Shown here one piece after another: positions 15,596 through 23,053 of a stretch of DNA of 23,053 nt (positions within the stretch are counted from its first letter, which is position 1; every line of letters starts with the position of its first letter). Source of the stretch: a virus (Duplodnaviria; Heunggongvirae; Uroviricota; Caudoviricetes). The DNA lies in the IMG/VR virus record IMGVR_UViG_2537562020_000011, positions 1 through 23,053 of that record; one strand, written 5' to 3'. The notes under the pieces were generated by a model. That model was not told the DNA's origin, ran no database searches, and was given only the letters and a program-made list of their open reading frames with translations. A program made the translations under genes and the position numbers.

Positions 15596-16645
15596 ATGAT
15601 TAATACTGTAAAAATATCCAGTTGTGAGTTAATCAACGCTGATTGCCTGGAGTTTATCCAGACCTTACCGGAAAATTCTGTCGATCTGATAGTCACAGAC
15701 CCGCCATACTTTAAAGTGAAGCCCGAGGGCTGGGATAACCAGTGGGAGGGCGACGATGATTACCTGAAATGGCTGGACCAGTGTCTGGCGCAGTTCTGGC
15801 GGGTACTGAAGCCTACCGGAAGTCTTTACCTGTTCTGTGGTCATCGCCTGGCATCTGACACCGAAATCATGATGCGTGAGCGCTTTAATGTGCTGAACCA
15901 CATTATCTGGGCGAAGCCGTCCGGACGCTGGAACGGGTGCAATAAGGAAAGTCTGCGGGCGTATTTTCCGGCAACAGAGCGCATTCTGTTTGCAGAACAT
16001 TATCAGGGACCGTATCGCCCGAAAGATGATGGCTATGTGGCACAGGGGCGCGAGCTAAAACAGCACGTCATGGCCCCGCTGATTTCTTACTTTCGTGATG
16101 CGCGTAAATCACTGGGAATAACGTCAAAACAGATAGCGGAAGCCACCGGAAAGAAAAACATGGCTTCGCACTGGTTTGGTACCAGTCAGTGGCAGTTACC
16201 GAACGAGGGTGATTACAACAAATTGCAGGCGTTGTTTGCGCGTGTTGCGGCAGAAAAACATCAGCGCGGGGAACTGGAAAAACCACACCACCAGCTGGTC
16301 AGCACATACAGTGAGCTGAACCGGCAGTATACGGAACTGCTGAGTGAATATAAAAATTTGCGGCGGTATTTCGGTGTGACGGCGCAGGTTCCGTACACCG
16401 ATGTCTGGACGCATAAACCGGTGCAGTACTATCCAGGGAAACATCCGTGCGAAAAACCGGCAGAAATGCTGCAGCAGATAATCAACGCGAGCAGTCGTCC
16501 GGGAGACCTGGTTGCAGATTTTTTTATGGGTTCAGGTTCAACGGTAAAAGCGGCGATGGCACTGGGGCGTTGTGCGATTGGTGTTGAGCTGGAGACAGGA
16601 CGTTTTGAACAGACAGTCAGGGAAGTTCAGGATTTAATCGTTTGA
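15596..16645 (+). CDS. DNA methyltransferase (beta-class amino-MTase; N6-adenine or N4-cytosine)
   Basis: Motif IV DPPY (LIVTDPPYF) near the N-terminus and motif I FxGxG (DFFMGSGST) near the C-terminus, the circularly permuted beta-class order. No adjacent restriction endonuclease gene. Confidence 0.85.
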   Translation: MINTVKISSCELINADCLEFIQTLPENSVDLIVTDPPYFKVKPEGWDNQWEGDDDYLKWLDQCLAQFWRVLKPTGSLYLFCGHRLASDTEIMMRERFNVLNHIIWAKPSGRWNGCNKESLRAYFPATERILFAEHYQGPYRPKDDGYVAQGRELKQHVMAPLISYFRDARKSLGITSKQIAEATGKKNMASHWFGTSQWQLPNEGDYNKLQALFARVAAEKHQRGELEKPHHQLVSTYSELNRQYTELLSEYKNLRRYFGVTAQVPYTDVWTHKPVQYYPGKHPCEKPAEMLQQIINASSRPGDLVADFFMGSGSTVKAAMALGRCAIGVELETGRFEQTVREVQDLIV

Positions 16646-16694
16646 AACGGATGAGATTGCAGAATTAATTACGCACCATTATTATTCTGCTCCC

Positions 16695-16770
16695 GGCCCT
16701 TTAGCTCAGTGGTGAGAGCGAGCGACTCATAATCGCCAGGTCGCTGGTTCAAATCCAGCAAGGGCCACCA
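16695..16770 (+). tRNA. ileZ: tRNA with CAU anticodon, Ile2 (lysidine) type
   Basis: 76 nt with 3' CCA. Acceptor GGCCCTT/AAGGGCC, anticodon loop CTCATAA. Overall sequence close to E. coli ileX-type tRNAs rather than tRNA-Met. Confidence 0.8.
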
Positions 16771-16777
16771 TCACATA

Positions 16778-16854
16778 CCGCCATTAGCTCATCGACAGAG
16801 AGTGCCAGCTTTCGAAACTGGCTGTGTGGGGCTCGGGTCCCCGATGGCAATCCA
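16778..16854 (+). tRNA. argN: tRNA-Arg-like (anticodon UCG), non-canonical
   Basis: 77 nt ending in CCA. Folds as a cloverleaf with anticodon loop TTTCGAA. Has mismatches at acceptor pairs 1:72 and 2:71 and at 31:39, a D-loop lacking GG and an atypical T-loop CTCGGGT. Confidence 0.55.
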
Positions 16855-16867
16855 TTATCTGCATTAT

Positions 16868-16944
16868 GCGTTGTTAGCTCAGCCGGACAGAGCAATTGCC
16901 TTCTAAGCAATCGGTCACTGGTTCGAATCCAGTACAACGCGCCA
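16868..16944 (+). tRNA. argO: tRNA-Arg (anticodon UCU)
   Basis: 77 nt with 3' CCA. Acceptor GCGTTGT/ACAACGC, perfect anticodon stem ATTGC/GCAAT with loop CTTCTAA, canonical T-loop GTTCGAATC. Confidence 0.85.
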
Positions 16945-17305
16945 CGCTTATTTTTCCAGGCTCGCTTTGGCGGGCCTTTTTCATATCCGCGCCCGTTATG
17001 AAGCGCCACCGCGTTCTGCTAATGCTGAAGCCCTTCGTCAGCTGACTGATGTTGCAGATACTGATGATACTGTGAATGTGCTGTGTCTGTGTCTGGATAT
17101 CGCTGACCAGGACGGTATCGGTCAGGAAGAAGAAGCGCAACTGAAGAAAATTGCGCAGGCGCTGCAGTTGCCGCTGGAGCAGTACCTGTGAAAAGTGCGC
17201 GCCTTGTGCTGGCTGTCATCCTGTTGTTTCTGGTAGTGATGGTGGATTTCACCGGACGACTGATGTCAGTGCTGGCAGATGGTGTGCTGGTGGCGATGGC
17301 GCTGA

Positions 17306-19062
<1,757 letters not shown>

Positions 19063-19329
19063 GCAGTCCGGTGCTGTGATACGTGGTGTTTTTGATGACC
19101 CTGAAAATATCAGCTATGCCGGACAGGGCGTGCGCGTTGAAGGCTCCAGCCCGTCCCTGTTTGTCCGGACTGATGATGTGCGGCAGCTGCGGCGCGGCGA
19201 CACGCTGACCATCGGTGAGGAAAACTTCTGGATAGACCGGATTTCGCCGGATGATGGCGGAAGCTGTCATCTCTGGCTTGGGCGGGGCGTACCGCCTGCC
19301 GTTAACCGTCGCCGCTGAAAGGGGGATGT

Positions 19330-21804
19330 ATGGCCATAAAAGGTCTTGAGCAGGCCGTTGAAAACCTCAGCCGTATCAGCAGAACGGCGGTGCCCGGTGC
19401 CGCCGCAATGGCCATTTCCGTCGGACAGTATAAAGCCGCCATGCGTATGCTGCCTGCACAGTTCACTGACGTGGCCACGCAGCTTGCAGGCGGGCAAAGT
19501 CCGTGGCTGATCCTGCTGCAACAGGGTGGTCAGGTGAAGGACTCCTTCGGCGGGATGATCCCCATGTTCAGGGGGCTTGCCGGTGCGATCACCCTGCCGA
19601 TGGTGGGGGCCACCTCGCTGGCGGTGGCGACCGGTGCGCTGGCGTATGCCTGGTATCAGGGCAACTCAACCCTGTCCGATTTCAACAAAACGCTGGTCCT
19701 TTCCGGCAATCAGGCGGGACTGACGGCAGATCGTATGCTGGTCCTGTCCAGAGCCGGGCAGGCGGCAGGGCTGACGTTTAACCAGACCAGCGAGTCACTG
19801 ACGGCGCTGGTGAATGCCGGTGTGCGTGGTGGTGAGCAGTTTGAGGCGATCAGCCAGAGTGTGGCGCGTTTCTCCTCTGCATCCGGCGTGGAGGTGGACA
19901 AGGTCGCTGAAGCCTTCGGGAAGCTGACCACAGACCCGACGTCGGGACTGACAGCGATGGCACGTCAGTTCCATAACGTGACGGCGGAGCAGATTGCGTA
20001 TGTTGCTCAGTTGCAGCGTTCCGGAGATGAAGCCGGGGCATTGCAGGCGGCGAACGAGGCCGCAACGAAAGGGTTTGATGACCAGACCCTCCGCCTGAAA
20101 GAGAACATGGGCACGCTGGAGACCTGGGCAGACAGGACAGCACGGGCATTCAAATCCATGTGGGATGCGGTGCTGGATATTGGTCGCCCGGACACTGCCC
20201 AGGGAATGCTGGAGAAAGCAGAAAAGGCTTTTGATGAGGCGGACAAAAAATGGCAGTGGTATCAGAGCCGGAGCCACCGGCGCGGTAAAACCTCAGCATT
20301 TCTTGCCAATCTCCGGGGAGCATGGGAGGACAGAGCGAATGCGCAACTTGGGCTTTCAGCCGCCACGTTGCAGGCCGATCTTGAAAAGGCCAGAGAGATG
20401 GCAGCAAAGGACTGGGCCGAGTCTGAGGCATCACGGCTGAAATATACCGAAGAGGCGCAGAAGGCTTACGAACGCCTGCAGACGCCGCTGGAGAAATATA
20501 CCGCTCGTCAGGAAGAACTGAACAAGGCACTGAAAGACGGGAAAATCCTGCAGGCAGATTACAACACGCTGATGGCGGCGGCGAAAAAGGACTATGAAGC
20601 GACGCTGAAAAAGCCGAAGCAGTCCGCTGCGGGAGAGCGTCAGGAAGATCGAGCACATGCAGCTCTTCTTGCGTTACAAGCTGAACTAAAAATGCTTGAG
20701 CAGCATAGTGGAGCGAATGAAAAAATCAGCCAGCAGCGCCGGGATTTGTGGAAGGCGGAGAGTCAGTTCGCGGTACTGGAGGAGGCGGCGCAACGTCGCC
20801 AGCTGTCTGCACAGGAGAAATCCCTGCTGGCGCATAAAGATGAGACGCTGGAGTACAAACGCCAGCTGGCTGCACTTGGCGACAAGGTCACCTATCAGGA
20901 ACACCTGAACGCGCTGGCACAGCAGGCGGATAAATTCGCACAGCAGCAACGGGCAAAACGGGCCGCCATTGATGCGAAAAACCGGGGGCTGACTGACCGG
21001 CAGGCAGCGAGGGAAGCCACGGAACAGCGCCTGAAGGAACAGTATGGCGATAATCCTCTGGCGCTGAATAACGTCATGTCAGAGCAGAAAAAGACCTGGG
21101 CAGCTGAAGACCAGCTTCGCGGGAGCTGGATGGCAGGCCTCAGGTCAGGCTGGAGTGAGTGGAAAGAGAGCGCCACGGACAGTATGTCGCAGGTTAAAAG
21201 TGCTGCCACGCAGACCTTTGATGGTATTGCACAGAATATGGCGGCGATGCTGACCGGCAGTGAGCAGAACTGGCGCAGCTTCACCCGTTCCGTGCTGTCC
21301 ATGATGACAGAAATTCTGCTTAAGCAGGCAATGGTGGGAATTGTCGGGAGTATCGGCAGCGCCATTGGCGGTGCTGCCGGTGGTGGCGCATCAGTGTCAG
21401 GCGGTACAGCCATTCAGGCTGCTGCGGCAAAATTCCATTTTGCGACCGGGGGATTTACGGGAACTGGCGGCAAATATGAGCCAGCGGGGATTGTTCACCG
21501 TGGTGAATTTGTCTTCACGAAGGAGGAAACCAGCCGGATTGGCGTGGGAAATCTCTACCGGCTGATGCGCGGCTATGCGGAAGGTGGTTATGTGGGCGGT
21601 GCCGGAAGTCCGGCGCAGATGCGGCGGGCGGAAGGCATTAATTTTAATCAGAACAATCACGTGGTGATTCAGAACGACGGTACGAATGGTCTGCCAGGTC
21701 CACAGATGATGAAGGCAGTGTATGACATGGCCCGTAAGGGGGCCCGTGATGAAATTCAGGCACAGATGCGCGATGGTGGTCTGTTCTCCGGAGGTGGACG
21801 ATGA
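19330..21804 (+). CDS. H: Tail tape-measure protein H, N-terminally fused in frame to the first 29 codons of Z
   Basis: First 29 aa (MAIKGLEQAVENLSRISRTAVPGAAAMAI) match the lambda gpZ N-terminus. From SVGQYKAAMRMLPAQFTDV onward the protein matches lambda gpH (from about H residue 61) through the C-terminal DGGLFSGGGR. There are divergent patches in the middle and near the C-terminus. Confidence 0.85.
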   Translation: MAIKGLEQAVENLSRISRTAVPGAAAMAISVGQYKAAMRMLPAQFTDVATQLAGGQSPWLILLQQGGQVKDSFGGMIPMFRGLAGAITLPMVGATSLAVATGALAYAWYQGNSTLSDFNKTLVLSGNQAGLTADRMLVLSRAGQAAGLTFNQTSESLTALVNAGVRGGEQFEAISQSVARFSSASGVEVDKVAEAFGKLTTDPTSGLTAMARQFHNVTAEQIAYVAQLQRSGDEAGALQAANEAATKGFDDQTLRLKENMGTLETWADRTARAFKSMWDAVLDIGRPDTAQGMLEKAEKAFDEADKKWQWYQSRSHRRGKTSAFLANLRGAWEDRANAQLGLSAATLQADLEKAREMAAKDWAESEASRLKYTEEAQKAYERLQTPLEKYTARQEELNKALKDGKILQADYNTLMAAAKKDYEATLKKPKQSAAGERQEDRAHAALLALQAELKMLEQHSGANEKISQQRRDLWKAESQFAVLEEAAQRRQLSAQEKSLLAHKDETLEYKRQLAALGDKVTYQEHLNALAQQADKFAQQQRAKRAAIDAKNRGLTDRQAAREATEQRLKEQYGDNPLALNNVMSEQKKTWAAEDQLRGSWMAGLRSGWSEWKESATDSMSQVKSAATQTFDGIAQNMAAMLTGSEQNWRSFTRSVLSMMTEILLKQAMVGIVGSIGSAIGGAAGGGASVSGGTAIQAAAAKFHFATGGFTGTGGKYEPAGIVHRGEFVFTKEETSRIGVGNLYRLMRGYAEGGYVGGAGSPAQMRRAEGINFNQNNHVVIQNDGTNGLPGPQMMKAVYDMARKGARDEIQAQMRDGGLFSGGGR

Positions 21805-22130
21805 AGACCTTCCGCTGGAAAGCGAAACCCGGTATGGATGTGGCTTCGGCCCCTTCCGTAAGAAAGGTGCGCTTTGGTGATGGCTATTCTCAGCGAGCGC
21901 CTGCCGGGCTGAACGCTGACCTGAAAACGTACAGCGTGACGCTGTCTGTCTCCCGTGAGGAGGCCACGGCGCTGGAGTCGTTTCTGGCTGAGCACGGGGG
22001 CTGGAAAGCCTTTCTGTGGACGCCGCCTTATGAGTGGCGGCAGATAAAGGTGACCTGCGCAAAATGGTCGTCGCGGGTCAGTATGCTGCGTGTTGAGTTC
22101 AGCGCAGAGTTTGAACAGGTGGTGAACTGA
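21801..22130 (+). CDS. M: Minor tail protein M
   Basis: 109-aa product near-identical to lambda gpM (MKTFRWKAKPGMDVASAPSVRKVRFGDGYSQRAPAGLNADLKTYSVTLSV...). ATGA overlap with the H stop. Confidence 0.85.
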   Translation: MKTFRWKAKPGMDVASAPSVRKVRFGDGYSQRAPAGLNADLKTYSVTLSVSREEATALESFLAEHGGWKAFLWTPPYEWRQIKVTCAKWSSRVSMLRVEFSAEFEQVVN

Positions 22131-22228
22131 TGCAGGATATCCGGCAGGAAACACTGAATGAATGCCCCCGTGCGGAGCAGTCGGCCAGCGTGGTGCTCTG
22201 GGAAGGTGAAAGTGAGCCGGGTTCCTGA
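22130..22228 (+). pseudogene. L: Minor tail protein L, 5' fragment (25 native codons)
   Basis: MQDIRQETLNEC.RAEQSASVVLWE matches the lambda gpL N-terminus. It then diverges and stops after 7 more codons at a deletion junction. Confidence 0.7.
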
Positions 22229-22535
22229 CGGCGTTGCCGAGTACAGCGTGTGGGGGCTGAAGCTGCCGACGCTGCGCCAGCGCCTGTTCCGCTGTGTGAG
22301 TATCCGTGAGAACGACGACGGTACGTATGCCATCACTGCAGTGCAGCATGTACCGGAGAAAGAAGCCATCGTGGATAACGGGGCGCACTTTGACGGTAAC
22401 CAGAGCGGCACGGTGAATGGTGTCACGCCGCCAGCAGTGCAGCATCTGACCGCCGAAGTCACCGCAGACAGCGGGGAATACCAGGTGCTGGCCCGCTGGG
22501 ACACGCCGAAGGTGGTGAAGGGGGTGAGCTTTATG
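22205..22535 (+). pseudogene. J: Internal fragment of tail tip protein J
   Basis: In another frame, VSRVPDGVAEYSVWGLKLPTLRQRLFRCVSIRENDDGTYAITAVQHVPEKEAIVDNGAHFDG...ARWDTPKVVKGVSF matches an internal segment of lambda gpJ as I recall it. It ends where IS-like sequence begins. Confidence 0.6.
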
Positions 22536-22539
22536 CTTC

Positions 22540-23053
22540 GCCGTAAGCGTAAACTGACCGCCGTATGTAGCCATCAGACGAGAATTGGTAACTTAGACGC
22601 CCATCTGATATAGACGGACATCTAAGTATGGAATTACAGGACTGGCGAAAAGAACCTCGTAAAAACTATTCGAATGAATTCAAACTTCGTATGGTGGAAC
22701 TGGCATCACAACCTGGAGCTTGTGTTGCACAGATTGCACGTGAAAATGGCGTCAATGATAATGTTATTTTCAAATGGCTCAGGCTCTGGCAGAACGAAGG
22801 GCGTGTTTCGCGGCGTCTTCCGGTAACGACCTCTTCTGACACTGGCGTTGAATTATTACCTGTAGAAATAACGCCGGATGAGCAGAAAGAACCTGTGGCG
22901 GCCATTGCGCCGTCTTTATCCACTTCCACTCAGACCAGAGTCAGTGCCAGTTCCTGCAAGGTGGAATTCCGTCACGGTAACATGACGCTGGAAAATCCAT
23001 CGCCAGAGCTGCTCACAGTGTTGATCCGTGAACTGACCGGGAGGGGAAGATGA
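22540..23053 (+). mobile_element. IS66-family insertion sequence, left end (partial; continues beyond the window)
   Basis: J homology stops at about 22532 and is followed by GTAAGCGTAAACTGACCGCC, resembling an IS66-family terminal inverted repeat. An orfA-type gene follows and ends in an ATGA overlap at the window edge. Confidence 0.55.
22628..23053 (+). CDS. IS66-family accessory protein (TnpA/orf1-like, HTH)
   Basis: 141-aa ORF with an N-terminal HTH typical of transposase orfA proteins (NYSNEFKLRMVELASQPGACVAQIARENGV...FKWLRLWQ). Stop overlaps a following ATG (ATGA). Confidence 0.65.
   Translation: MELQDWRKEPRKNYSNEFKLRMVELASQPGACVAQIARENGVNDNVIFKWLRLWQNEGRVSRRLPVTTSSDTGVELLPVEITPDEQKEPVAAIAPSLSTSTQTRVSASSCKVEFRHGNMTLENPSPELLTVLIRELTGRGR

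Noticed and set aside
15387-15599. 70-aa ORF overlapping the end of the small wHTH ORF
   Set aside because: Overlaps a better candidate in another frame, has no RBS and an odd composition.
16695-16770. Calling the CAU-anticodon tRNA an initiator or elongator tRNA-Met
   Set aside because: Acceptor and arm sequences resemble Ile2-type (lysidine) tRNAs rather than E. coli tRNA-Met, though this cannot be proven from sequence alone.
19503-22574. Multiple long ORFs overlapping or antisense to the tape-measure, M and J genes (e.g. 19795-20277, 20150-20656, 20895-21413, 21397-22062, 21756-22574)
   Set aside because: They lie within or opposite genes with strong homology support and have Arg/Pro/Ser-rich compositions typical of spurious frames in GC-rich DNA.

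Overview
This window reads as the left-to-right body of a defective lambdoid prophage (Enterobacteriaceae-type, lambda-like gene order), ending in an IS element. Minus-strand left arm: tyrosine integrase, excisionase-like ORF, a DEDDh 3'-5' exonuclease-domain protein, a frame-disrupted early gene and several small unassigned ORFs. Immunity region: cI-like HTH/S24 repressor (with an unusual Ser->Ala at the predicted nucleophile), divergent cro-like gene, cII-position gene, with shared GTAAC-N4-GTTAC operator palindromes on both sides. Replication: O-like initiator with internal ori-like repeats and a DnaC-like helicase loader. Nin-like cargo region: DUF4406-like protein, a complete hok/sok-type type I toxin unit, a Doc-family toxin with an unrecognised upstream small ORF bounded by duplicated terminators, DUF968-like protein, RusA resolvase, Q-like antiterminator with a PR'/tR'-like unit. 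Downstream of Q there are no lysis or terminase genes; instead a small wHTH ORF, a beta-class DNA methyltransferase and three tRNAs (Ile2-CAU, non-canonical Arg-UCG, Arg-UCU). The morphogenesis module is a lambda-type remnant with several internal deletion junctions (W with replaced N-terminus, truncated portal B fused to the 3' part of FII, in-frame Z'-'H tape-measure fusion, intact M, L' fused to an internal J fragment), then cut by an IS66-like element. All homology calls are from reading the translations against remembered family sequences and motifs; no database search was run. I could not identify a single clearly novel system; the best candidates are the Doc cassette with its unassigned partner, the Ser->Ala repressor and the unassigned early-left genes.
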